A program made the translations under genes and the position numbers. 64,000 nt of DNA from Lama glama. Its lineage: Eukaryota. Below the pieces are notes generated by a model. The model saw only the letters and a list, made by a program, of their open reading frames with translations. It was not told the origin of the DNA and did not search any database. Below are positions 15,648 through 27,877 of this stretch, in pieces (the stretch's first letter is position 1; every line of letters starts with the position of its first letter). Location of the stretch: assembly GCA_028534125.1 (NCBI GenBank), contig CM052817.1:72976001-73040000 (forward strand), written 5' to 3'.

Positions 15648-16141
15648 GTGTATTGGTTTCTATTGCTGCTATAACAAATTACCACAAACTTAATAGCTTA
15701 AAACAATAAAAATGTTTAAACAATAAAAATCTTACAGCTCTAAAGTTCAGAAGTCTGAAACGAGTCTTATGGGCATAAATGAAAGTGTTGGCAGACCTGA
15801 GAGCTTTCTGGAGAATCTAGAAGGGAATACATTCTTGGGCTCTTCCAGTGTTGGAGGCTCCTGCGTTCCTTGATCTCTGGCCACATTGCTCCAACCTCTG
15901 CTTCTGTCAGCACATCTCTTTCTCTGATTCTGACCTTCCTATCTCCCTCTTACAAGGGACACTTGTGATTACGCTGAGCCTACACAATCCAGGATAATCT
16001 CCCTATCTCAAGACCTTTAACTTAATCACATCTGCAAAGCCCCCTTTGCCATAGAAGGTAAAATATTCACACGCTCCAGGGATTAGGACATTTTGGTGGG
16101 GAGCGGAAGTTGGGTGGGGATGATTATTTCCAACCAACACA
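15648..16141 (-). mobile_element. MLT1 (C/B-like) solo LTR
   Basis: tgtattggtttctattgctgctataacaaattaccacaaactt...ttaacttaatcacatctgcaaag...caacaca. Confidence 0.85.
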
Positions 16142-16194
16142 ATGAGTGTTTGTTTTATTTATTATGTCTTTTTCATACATTATATATATTCATA

Positions 16195-16525
16195 GTGGAT
16201 GCTATGGTGCACAACTCAGGTTTCTGTTCCAGCCTCCAGCACTCATTCCCCTAGTTTCTGGGGAAAATGGCAGCTGACAGTGCCCAGCTGAGTTTCTCTC
16301 AAGGAACTGCCCTTAACCAAAGAGAGTCACCTCACTCACGGTCTTCCCCTTCTCCAGAAGCAGCACATACAAAAGTATAAAAGCCTGGCCTCCAAGAGCT
16401 GCTCAACAACTCCCTCTACCCAGTCTTTTCTTCCCTCCTCTTATAGGCATTGATCCAAGAACATACTCCAGTAAACTCCCTGAGCATAAACCGCCTTCTC
16501 AGAGTGTGTTTCCTGATCTAACATG
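16195..16525 (+). mobile_element. LTR16-like ERVL LTR fragment
   Basis: ggcagctgacagtgcccagctgag...aagtataaaagcctggcc...tctcagagtgtgtttcctg. Confidence 0.7.
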
Positions 16526-19359
16526 ATATAATTTTATAAAGATAAAATATTTCATGATCACTTGAAAAACTTAAAGGATTACTTGGGGTGCTACTAGGGG
16601 GTAAATAAATTCAGAAACAAAACCAAAAGGAATTGGAGTAAAAAGACACTGGAAGTACCAAGTCCAATTTAAAATCCTGTAGATATCTAGATACCAAGTA
16701 AATGCTTGGAATGAGGCATTAGCAGTGGATTTCAAAAGAATTAGGTAAGTCTAAGATTTCAAAATAACTTTCAATATGAATTAGCAACTGAACTATGCAG
16801 GGAGGTCAGGGTTAACACTCTTAATTTGGACTTTGGGATTTAGTCCTAATTCTGCTTCTTAACTTCTGTGGGTTGTGGTTTTCTTACTATGAAACGAAAT
16901 AATTGGCTGCTAATCCCCAGTCTAAATAGTTCTAAAAGTCTTTTAATGCCATCACAAAAATCGTATTTACACCAATTAGAAGACATAAAAAATGAGAACA
17001 GAAGTAAACCAAACCACCCTACTATGGAAAAAATGCTGCATCTTTTGTTCTGCTAGTGATTAGGTGCTCAACATGGTCCCCCTGATGTAAAAGAAAAAGC
17101 GTGGAAAAGCCCAGCCTCTCATACAGGGTCAGTGATCATTCAGAATCTACCTTTGAAAATAATTCCCCCACTACTGACAAAAATCTGAATAGGCCCTGAC
17201 TTTCATATTTCACATTGTGTAAATTTCAAATATAAAATAACTTAAGGAGATTAACTCAATATCTCCTTATCTATTATTCCACTTAGAATATTAATATTGT
17301 TTTGTTGATCCATGAATGCATGTGTATATTAATGTCATGACCTATTTTAGAATAATACCTTTTATGTCTATTATGTCTTTAGGGATAGCATACGAAATAT
17401 TCCGAATTGTATACAGCTATAATCTGGCCACACAGTGAGGATTTATATGGCTAGGGAAAACATACAAACTGGCAAGCACAGACAGATGTTCCCTGCAATC
17501 ACTGAGCCATTTGCTTTGAAGCTCATCCTAGTGGCATAAATCTAAACGACCACAGGCTCACAGACTGGAAAAAAGTCCCTTGCGGAGTAAAACACTCATT
17601 TATCAGCAAGTATGTATAGTGCAAGATATGCACAGAAATTTCATCTGAAAATACAGCCTTGGCTAGATTTTAGATCTCAACACAATTTTAGAGCTCACTA
17701 GGTATTCTAAACTGAAAATAACAAATCCAAAGCCTAAAAAACAATCGAAAGATAAAGAAACTAACCTACCTCCTAAGATCAGAAGTACTGTTTTAGACTT
17801 GCTCTTTAGTTTCCCAAGTCCCACTTGATGTTGGCCTCCTGCAACCATAAAGAAAAAATGGTTTTGAAGTCATACCTGGGCCTAAATCATAACTTTGCCA
17901 CATGTTAGTTTTGTGAACTTGGCCGATGCCTAATTCTTTTAACATCAGTTTTCTTATCTGTAAATCTAACTTCCTTGTTGAGAAAGAAGAATGAAATAAG
18001 TGATTTAAACTACTTTAGGATTCTAAAAGGCTACTCAATTATGTTTCTGTTCATGGTGGAGTTGGTATTGATGGTGACGGCTGACAGTGTTGCCACCTTA
18101 TCCGTAATCAACAGAATGAAGACATTAGAAGAAAAAGAAAATGCTACAACAGCAGCATGAAAGAAGAGGCTGGTGGGGTAGACTTTCTTTCCATTCAATA
18201 AATGACTAGCAAAAGCAATTACATTCAAAATAATATTAGTGTTGGATTTGTATACTAAATCAATCTATCTTCTAGGCAGCATCCTATTTAACCAATGAAC
18301 CTAGCCCTTATTCCCAGATATATAATTCATAAAACACGTCAATCCCATAGGAAACAGTTAACCAAGCCGTATGCCCATTGTCATATATATTAAACAACAA
18401 CACAAACCATAAAATCATTAACTCAATATTCTCAAGATTGTGTTTCTAATAATTGCAGAAAAATGTTAAGCATGAGTTCAGCTCTTGTCAAGGCCACTGG
18501 GTCAAAGGCATAACAGATTATAGAAAAGGAGTAAAGACAAGGCTAACTTAGACTATTATAAATGACACTAGATTAGCTGTCAGTAACCTGAATTAAAATG
18601 CTAGCTCTTCCATGAATAAACAGTTTTACTTCGCATAAGTCACTTTGCTTGGCTGGTCTTCTGCAGTTACAATGCTTTCATTACTCATTAGTTTATTTAC
18701 TCAACAAATATTTCTTGATCATATACTAAGTGCCAAGCTGCTTTAGTTGCTTGTGATCCAGTGGTGAGCAGACACAAGTATAGTTCTTACTCTCATGGAG
18801 TTAACACTAAAACTTGCTTCACTGTGTAAATCAACTATACCTCAATTTAAAAACAAACAACAACCTGTTTCACTGGATTATTGTGAGAATGAAACAAGTT
18901 AATATACTCAAAATAATCTGTTATAATAGATTACAAGTAAAATCCAAAAAGCCTCAGTGCCCACCACTCATTTAATTTTTAAGCACTTAGAAAGTATAGA
19001 GAATAACATAAACCTATATGTACCTATCCTCCAGCTCTAGTCAATCTTGCCATTTTGTCTTGTTTTATTTCATTTGGTTTAGCTCTCCTCTCCATTTCTT
19101 CCTAAATCTTATTCCCCTCCTTCTTCCCTAGATGTAGCTCCTATCCTGAACATTGTGCTTAACATTTCTATGTGGTTTTTAAAAAAACATTCAGTACATA
19201 AATTAGTACCTTAGAGTAGTATTGCATATTTTGGAATTTCATATACATTGTATTATACTGTATGTATCATTTGCCATCTTGCTTTTTTCTTTAAAAATTT
19301 TTATTGGAGATTTTTTAAAATATTGTAGTCCTAGTTCACTCACTTTCAGTGCTATAGAG

Positions 19360-19565
19360 AAAGGATTGGCAAACTTTTTCTGTAAACGGCCAATCAGAAA
19401 ACATTTTAGGCTCTGTGGGCCATATGGTCTTTGTAGCAACTACTCTGTGTTGTATGTAGCACAAAAGCAGACATACACAACAAATAACAAATGAGAATGG
19501 CCATGTTCCAATAAAACTTTATCTGCAAAAACAGGCAGCTGTGGACTGTAGTTTGCCAACCTCAG
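19360..19565. mobile_element. MER58A-like MITE
   Basis: ggattggcaaactttttctgtaaa...gtttgccaacct inverted ends. Confidence 0.8.
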
Positions 19566-19871
19566 CTGCTGAGCTGCATTTCTCAACCTTGACAACACAT
19601 TAGCCTTTTTAAAATGCTCATGCTAGGTACTGAGACTAGATTGGTTAAATCAAATCTCTGAAGGTGGGCCCTTGCACTGCTGGCCCCTCCTTCTCTCTCT
19701 CTCTTTTTTTTTTTTTTAATTTTACATAGGTGTTCCTTGCTGAATGATGGCCCTCTCTTAGCCACAACTTGATATAGGAAACTATATCAAATTGTTTCAA
19801 TAAATTCTGCACTAAATTGAGAGTAATTAGGAGACTTACAGTCTCAATACATAAAGAAGTTCTCTTAATAT

Positions 19872-20343
19872 TGATACCAAGCAAGGGCTCCCTGCCTGAC
19901 AACCATAGAAGCTAATACTAGTGCAACTAGAGATTTATTGTGAGATGGAGTAGCAAGAAGACAGGAGGCAGGGCTCAAATCTGTCTCCAACCTGGGATTC
20001 AGTCAAACTTTGAATTAGGGAGGACAGGCTGGTACGCAGAAGCACTGGCGGGGGCAGGTTTTGACTCGAGAGCTTCCTTTACACTTGGCCATTTTTAGTA
20101 AGATATAGAATGGTGGATTTCAGCACCGGATCTTCCTGGACCACAAACCCCTCATTTCTGAAAGGGTCCCAGTGGTCAGGTAAGGGAAAGAAATGTGGTC
20201 TCCCAGCATTATTTGAGGATTTTCCTTCTCTGCACACACCCAGGTTACATGACTTGCAGTTTTGGTTCTGCTGTATCTGCAAGACAACTAGACATCCTTT
20301 TATTGACAGAGAAGGATCAGTTTGAGCTGGTTCTGTGGTTACA
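19872..20343 (-). mobile_element. ERV1-class solo LTR (MER31/MER67-like; family uncertain)
   Basis: TG...CA bounded (tgatacc...ggttaca), tttatt signal on +, ctcaaatctgtctcc motif, approximate 4-bp TSD atat/atac. Confidence 0.6.
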
Positions 20344-20985
20344 ATACTAATAATTTTAATTGTTAAAACATTGACCTACATTGGAATTTTTTCCAATTCT
20401 CATATTACTGTCCAAGATTTTTAAATAGTTACTACCTCTATTATCTCTTACTGGATTACCATACTTAATTGGGTTGAACCTACTCCTACAATCCAGAAGG
20501 AAAGGAGCACAGCATTGCAATGATTATGACTGGCTCTGTGTCTAGGCTTTCTGGCTTCAAATCCCAACTCTTCAACTTAAGTTTTGAATACCTTCTTCAT
20601 GTTGTGGAATTGCCATTTGTAAAATGAGAGTGATAGTAATAATTCTATGACCCAAATGTGTTAATATATGTTTACAGTGATACCTGACAGAGAGCAAACA
20701 GTATATAATTTAGCTCTCATTTTTATTTAAAAACAAATGTCGTGTGCTTGTGATGGAGGGTTTAAGAATCATTTTTAAAAAGTCATCCTATTAAATAAAA
20801 CTGAAAATAAATAGGGTAATAAAAAGGGGATCCTCTGGCTCCAAACCACCCACATAGGTCTGCTTATCCTCGATGGCCTTGTGCCTTCTATGAATGTCTT
20901 CTGTACTGGAAGAACTTGCAGCACCTCAGCAGGACCAAAGGTGGCCTCCATTAGTGCTATTAACTGATTTCTCTGTTCTCCATAG

Positions 20986-21410
20986 CTTTCTCCAAGTCTT
21001 AAGGAGATTACAGTTTCCACAAGTGGCCGTTTGAAGGTGAATCCAAAGGAGTGTCAGCCTGCAGCAGATGGCCACAGCATTGTGGAGGGAGCCAGACTAG
21101 TACTGGGCATTGGGTCCCCAGGGTACAAGGGCTGCTACCAGTGGGATAGAGGCCCATTTTGGCCTGGAGAACACTGTGCAAGCTAGTACAGGGGGGGCCA
21201 CAGCAACCTGGCTTATAAGCCTGTAGGGTGGCAGGCACCTGCACATACTTTCGGTGGTAGCCACATGGACCATCCACCACAACCACAACTAGGTGATAGG
21301 CTCAGATAAGGAAGAGGCCAGTTCCTTGGGATCTCTGGATATCCAATGGCAGTGCCTGGGAAGCAGGACCCAACCAATGAAAATAGATGGCAATCACAGG
21401 GCTGGAATAA
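20986..21410 (+). pseudogene. Candidate relic exon of a trypsin-like (S1A) serine protease, N-terminal half of the catalytic domain
   Basis: Behind acceptor ttctctgttctccatag|: EGE (21033), VSLQ (21053), HCGGS...HWV (21078-21116), AA/AHF, GAT, IHHNHN (21272-21289), IQWQCL (21341-21358) and ITG-W (21393-21405), in protease order with several frameshifts and stops. Confidence 0.55.
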
Positions 21411-21599
21411 GGTCCTAGAAGCCTCTCCATGTGCCAGGAATTAAACTTTAATTTGTTAGATTTTAGGAATATGGGAAGGAGGGTCCTAAGGAACACTCTG
21501 AGGGCTTGGGGCAACAACTGTTTACCAATCTGTATGAAAGTATTCCAGAACAACAGTAAACGCCATAGTTGTGTGACTTTTTATGTAGCAGATATAACG

Positions 21600-24500
21600 G
21601 ATACCTTTGTTTTGCTCTCACTGTTGAACAATGTTTTGGCTGGATATTGGTTTATTTTCTCTCAGCACTTTGAGTATATTACTCCATGGTCTTCTGTTTT
21701 TTTATTGTTGCATTAAGAAGTCTTGACAATCATCATTTCTTTAAATGTAATATGTTTCTTCTTTGGGGTTCTTTTTAAGATCTTTATGACTTGGGTGTTT
21801 TTCAGTTTTAATATTATGTGTCTAGATATGGATTATTTTCATTTGTTTCACTCAGGAATTATATTTTCCAAATCTGAGGATTCAGATCTCATCCAGCATT
21901 AATGATACTTCAGATATTATATCTTTGAGTATCTCCAAACCTTATTCTTTCTTGCTTCTCTTGCTGGAACTCCTATTGTACCTGTCCATTCCATATCCTA
22001 ATCAATTAACTTCTATTTCATATTTCCATCTTTATGTACTAAATCCTGGGTGACTTTCTCAAAATTTTTTATTAGCTCATAAGTACTCTTTTTAAAATAT
22101 TTCTATTTGTACCAAGGTAATAGTTTAAGGTATCAAAGAGGCAACCACTTTGAATTTTTAAATTTTTTTGCTGATTCGTTTAGTTATGACTTTAATACCA
22201 CTAAGTAACAAGCTTTTATTGCCAGTTCTTGATTTTTCAGATTTAGGTATTATGTGTGTTTTCTATTGTTGCATAATAAATCATCCCAAAATACAGTGGC
22301 TTAAAACAATTTATTAGCTCTCACAATTCTGTAAGGTGACAGGGTGTTTCTTCTGCTTCACATATCAGCTAAGATGCTGGAAAACTAGACGACTTAAATG
22401 ACCTTACTCACACAGCTGGCAATTTGTCCTGACTGCAAGCTGGGAGCTCAGCTGGAGCTAAGGGCCAGAGTACTTCAGCCCTCCTTTACATGGTTTCTCC
22501 AACATGGTAGCTGAATTCTCAGATTCAAGTATTAGGTACATGCACAAGTTAGAATTATGTCTTCTTGACTAATCCACTTTATCATAATAAAACATCCCTC
22601 TTTGACATTTGTAATGTTCCTTGTATTGACGTCCAATTTGTCTCATGTTAATATAATCATACCAGCTAATTAGTATAGTTATCTTATGCTATCCCTACTT
22701 TTAATCTATGTTTTCATATTAAAAGTGCATCTCTTGTGAACAACACATAGTGGTACTTTTTAATCCAGTTTAGAAAAAAATTCTTACCTTTTAATTGATG
22801 TGTTTAGCACATTTACAGTAATTATTAATATGGTTGGTTCTACAATCTTGTAATTTGTTTTTCATTTATCCCACCAATTCTTCCTTCTTTTTTTTCTTAT
22901 TCACTGCATTCTTTTGGATTGAGTTCATCGTCTGTTTATTTCCTTGCTTTTAACATTTTCTTTTACTTCTTCTACTGAGTTTATAGCTTTAAGTATTTGG
23001 GTGGGTGGGTGGGTGGGTGTGTTTCCTTTATTGTGTGTCTTCTAGCGATTGCCCTAGGGCAGTGGTTCTTAATAGGGGGCAATATTGTTTCCCAGAGGCA
23101 TTGGCAATATCTGAAGAAATTTGTGGTTGTCACACTGGGGAACGTGGGTATGACTCATCTGGTGGGTACAGGCCAATGATCCTGCTAAACATCCTATAAT
23201 GCACAGGGCAGGCCCCTGTGACAAAGAATTACTAGGCCCAATATGTCAATAATGTTGAGATTGAGAAATCCTGCTTTAGAAATTATTATATGAATCTTTA
23301 ATTTTCCATAGAAATTGAAATTATATTAAATTATTTCTCTGCTAATAGAAGAATCTTACAACTGTATAATTCTACTTAATCTCTCCCTTCCTTTGTGCTG
23401 TTATTTATTTTACTTGTACATGCTACAAATCCCACAACACACTGCTGTTCTTTTTGTTTTATAAGGTTAATTTTCCTTTTAAAATATTAAAGAAAAAATA
23501 GTGGCTTATATTATCCACATTCCTAGCACTACTCATTCTTTCTTATAAATCTGTGTGTCCATCTGGTATCATTTACATGCAGCCTGATGAGTTCCTTTAG
23601 CACTTTTTGTAGTAAAAATCTGTTGCATTAAAAATTCTCTCAGTTTATGTTTATCAGAAAAATGTCTTTATTTTGCCTTCATTTTTGAAAGATGTGTTTC
23701 CTAAGTATAGAATTCTAGTTGACAGGTTTTTTTTTTTCTTTCACTTCTTTAAAGATTTTCCATTGTGGCTTGCATTTGTCCTGATAAGAAGTCAGATGGA
23801 GTTCTTACTGTTGTTCTCCCGTAATGAGTTTTTTTCTCCCCCATGGGTTTGGGTTTTTTTGTTTTTTCTTTTTGTTTCGAGATTTTCTTTTTATCTTTGG
23901 TTTTCAGCAATTTGAACACAGTATGCTTACATGTGGTTTCTTTGTGTTTATCTTGATTAGAGTTTATTGAGTTCTTTTGGATATGTGATTTGATGTTTTT
24001 CACCAAATGTAAATAATTTTTTGTTATTACTTCTTCTTCAAATACTGTTTTTTACCCGCTTCTCTCTTTTCCCCTCTTTTGGAACTCAAACACAAATATG
24101 GTTGAACCACCTGATAGTAACTCACAGGCTGCTGAGAATCTGATTTTTTTTTCCCAACCTTTTTTTTTCCAATCCACATTAATTTCTATAGAACTGTTTT
24201 CAAGTTCACTAATCCTTTCTTCTACATTATCATATTTGCTGTTAACCAAATTTGCTGTTAACCAAATTTGCTGTTAAGCTCAGTTGATACTTTAAATTTT
24301 TTTTCTGATATTGTATTTTTCAATACAATTTTTTGTTCTAAAATTTATTTTCTTCTTAATGTTTTTCTTTCTTTCCTGAAACACTACATATTTTCACCTA
24401 CTATATTCATGCTTTCTTATACATGCTTTCACATATTTATAATAGTTGGGTTAAAGTTTTTGTCTACAAGTTGAATAAGTGGGTCATCTCTAGGACTGCT

Positions 24501-26330
24501 TTTATTGACTGTATTTTTCTTGATTATGGTCCTACTTTTCTGCTTATTTTCATGTCCATTAAAAAATTAACTTAAAGATATTTATGTAAAACAACAAAAC
24601 TAAAATATAATTTGTTTTGCTTTGATTATCCCAGAGAATACAAGCTCTTTCCTCAGTTAGGATGAGGATGATTATTCATATTATTCCAAGAGTTATGTTG
24701 AACAGAGTCGAGTAACACTTTTTTTTGTTGTTGTTTCTTCTTTTTTTTTTTTTTAGCTTTAATTCACTCATAATTAGCCTTACTCCCAACATATTAACTC
24801 TTGTGTCTGTTTTTTTTTTTTCTTTTTAGTATTTGAGTTGGGAGAAGGTTTGGTACTTTCAGATAATTTTGGCTCATTTTTAGATTCAACTCTGATAAGG
24901 CCCAGAATCCAAGCATTGTGAGGATGTAGAGGAGTATCTATTTTATACCTATTTTCCAGCCTTTACTCCAACTGCTGCTTTCATGGAAATATCTGGGTGT
25001 AACTGGTATGCAGGGAGGGGAGAACTGTCAAAATGGGTACTTTTATTTTCAAATCTAGAGCTTACTCTGGTGGCCTATTGCTCCATCACGCATTATCCCA
25101 AATTTAGCAGTTCAAACATTTGAAATAAAGACATTCGAATAGAAACTAAACAATACAATTCGAAGTGAAAACAAACATTTTATTATGTTCAGGGAAAATG
25201 TGAATTAGGCTGGAGGGTAGCCTGCCTCCAGGAAGTAGGAATCTTCTAGAGGTGGCTCCAAACACAAGCTTGCTGGTTGATGCAGACTGTTGGCTGAGAA
25301 CTCAGCTTGGGATATCCAGAACACCTCCATATGATCTTTCTTCATACCATAGCATCTTTGGACTCCTTACACTGCAGTCAGACTTGCAAAGTCATGTCTT
25401 CCAGACTGCTAGCTAAGAAGCTATAGTCCCTTTTATGACTTAGCCTCAGAATTCACATACCATTATTTCCACCACTGTCACAAACTTGACCAGATTCAAG
25501 GCAGGGACCATGAACACTACCACTCCATGGAAGGAATGTCACTGTCACATTGCAGGAAAAGATTCTATAGGATAGAAGATATTGTTGAAAACATTTTTTA
25601 AAAACTCAATCTACTACAGTCATTTTCCAGATTCCTGTGCATCCTACAAGTATACCCTTGGTTGGTTTCTTCTCATCTCCATCTTTGACAGACCAATTCT
25701 CCATCTACTCATATTTAGACCAGGTGCCTACTCCCAAGTGGAAAATTGCTGAGATTCTCTGTTCATTTATGAATGCCTCATTTCTATTTGAAAATTAGTT
25801 CCTCAAGACTTTCATTCTTCACTCCTTGCTGACATCATAGAGATAGTTTAATTTTGTTGAGGTTTTCCTTGCTACCACTTGTCTTTCATGTTCTTCTACA
25901 TCTTATCTAAAAGCTGAAATTTCTCCACTAATGTTTTAGTGTCTTTATTTTTCATTTCTAATAGTTGTTTCAATTAACTATTATCTTGTATTTCCTTGCT
26001 TTTTTATGACATTAACTGTTTTAAACATACATATTTTATAGTGTTTATCTGATTGCTTTATTACATTTATTCTGTAAGATTCTTTATTTTTCTCTGCTAT
26101 TCCTGTGTCCTGGTAGATTGTAATATGTGATTGCAGGTTCATTTTCAGTGTGGTTTTACATCTATCTGCAACCTAGATGGAAGTTATACCTCCCCCAAAG
26201 TGAATTTGTTTTTGCTTTGCAAGAAATCTCAAGGGCATCACTGTCTCAAAACCACTTTTTATATTGATTTCTTGGCCTGGCATTCCAAGTCTCTGAGGTT
26301 GTTGTAAATTCCAACTCCTTAACTCTAAAG
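21600..26330 (-). mobile_element. Composite of ancient L1/HAL1 fragments including L1 ORF1 remnants, interrupted by MLT1 and MER20
   Basis: ORFs 24052..24249 (EERISELENSSIEI) and 23749..24006 (HTVFKLLKTKDKKKI) are L1 ORF1p-like; T-rich + strand. Confidence 0.75.
23060..23273. mobile_element. MER20 hAT-Charlie MITE
   Basis: cagtggttcttaa...ttgagaaatcctg terminal inverted repeats; TA-centred 8-bp flanks. Confidence 0.88.
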
Positions 26331-26399
26331 AAGACAGGCTTTTTTTTTCCCTAAACCCGGATCACATCAATAATAACAAACCTCTCCTTTATCTCCTAC

Positions 26400-26955
26400 C
26401 CTTCTTTGCACTGTTTTTTGATTCTACAATTGGATTTTGCAGACTACCTTTGCCCTTTGCTGGCAGGTTCTGTTTGGTATCTTCCAATTAGGGTGCTGGA
26501 GGGACACTATAAGGCTGGAAGAAGTAATTTACTCTTTTTCTGTTCTATTCTCCATATAGTGGCAAGTGGATCAGCAGGAAGGCATCCTGGCAGTGTTTAC
26601 CACAATGGCCACAGCCCTCCTACTTTAGTGGTGAATGCCCCCTAGTCCACGGAAGTGGGTTCATGGGCAGAGACAGCTTTCCATCTTCTTTTGTTACCAC
26701 AGGGATGGGTAGAATGTTTCTGTGGAATCCACACTGTCTTCTCACAGGTCTGAATATCTCCTTGTAGGGTCTTCCTCTTAATGTCTAGGTTCCTTCCCTA
26801 TTCACTTTTCCTCAGTCCCAGGCTGGTGGCTGCTTCCTGCAGTAGCTACATCTATTAGAACTTCAAGTTTCCTTCTAGCATTAACCACCACCTACCTACT
26901 TAATGATTCCTTCTGTTAAATTTTCCCTGCTTAAATTACTGATGCAGTTTCTGAA
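26400..26955 (+). mobile_element. ERVL LTR (LTR33/LTR40-like)
   Basis: ccaattagggtgctggagggacact...gcttcctgcagtagcta...ttaaattttccctgcttaaatta..gtttctg pattern. Confidence 0.55.
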
Positions 26956-27381
26956 CAGGCAGGAGAGAACTGAAACAAACTCTACTCACTGTAAGCATCT
27001 CATATTAATCATGTAACTGTTCTTGTTAATCCCTCTTTGTGAAATGTAAATGATGGATGAGCAAAGAAGAAAGCAAATCACTCAGTGTGTATAATACTCA
27101 GTGATACTGAACCAACTAATGAATTTCATCACATACCCCAGAATAAATGGGGCACTGCTGAATCAGCCAAAAGTTAATTTCCCCTTTTACTTTCCCTTTT
27201 ATCTTTAAGTACACATCTTTGCATCCCTTTGTTCTTGAAAAATCACTTAAATGGTCCATTTACCTATTTAGCTATGGAAATGGAAAGTAAAAGACCACTG
27301 CAGAAATAAAGATACTTAAGAACAGTCATTTTGAGGAGCTACATGACTCTATATGATAATGCAAAGGCTGTTTTCTCTGTA

Positions 27382-27497
27382 GCCAGAGTTAGTTTACTTG
27401 GACTTTTTTTGGAGAAATGTTTGTTAAGTATTAAGTGAAGCTGTGATGTGCTGGCAAAATGTTAGGACTTATTTTTATGAAAATATGAGCTTTTCAA
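27382..27497 (+). pseudogene. Candidate relic protease exon (A-x-V-x-LL...C...CAG...G...[D]A[C]Q)
   Basis: ARVSLL..EKC (27382-27420), then after a frameshift CAGKMLG (27447-27467) and I*AFQ ending 27497; ttttctctgtag acceptor-like sequence at the 5' side. Confidence 0.45.
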
Positions 27498-27737
27498 GCC
27501 ATTATTGAGCAATCAGGAGCTGAAAGTAGGTTTAACACATCTACATTTTCACTTTATAATGAAAGTAAATATATACAGAAGAACTATGCAATGCTGGGTT
27601 AAGTTAAACTTGGACTGGAGTGTTGGTCTTTCAGACAGTTAATACTGAATAACAAGACTTTAGGAACCATAATGATACTGGATGATTGCGTTATGATGAG
27701 ATTGTTCTATTTGGGTTCCCAAGACAAACACTTCTAG

Positions 27738-27877
27738 TTGGTAGTGGTTGAAGTCTCTCCATAAGCCAGTGGGTATTCTCATTTTCAATCATCCTGGAAA
27801 GAGGCAGACCATGGGACAAACAAGGCCTGAGATTTACATAATTCATTCCTCTACATTGGCCACACATACTGCCTTAG
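27738..27877 (+). pseudogene. Candidate relic terminal protease exon ([GD]SG[G][P]L...SG...SW-x7-NKP-x-IY...W...stop)
   Basis: cttctag| then SG*SL (27743-27757), SG (27768), SWKEADHGTNK/PEIY (27792-27837, one extra base) and WPHILP* ending 27877. Confidence 0.5.

Noticed and set aside
20775..21553. Minus-strand ORFs (81, 92, 63 and 83 aa) as a processed pseudogene
   Set aside because: No recognisable protein, poly(A) tail or TSD; they are better explained as the antisense shadow of the GC-richer + strand protease-like relic.
24235..24277. 16-bp unit x2.7 (tttgctgttaaccaaa) and similar short duplications at ~39048-39076 and ~62167-62199 as CRISPR-like or functional arrays
   Set aside because: No spacers and a eukaryotic context, mostly inside L1 remnants; simple slippage duplications.
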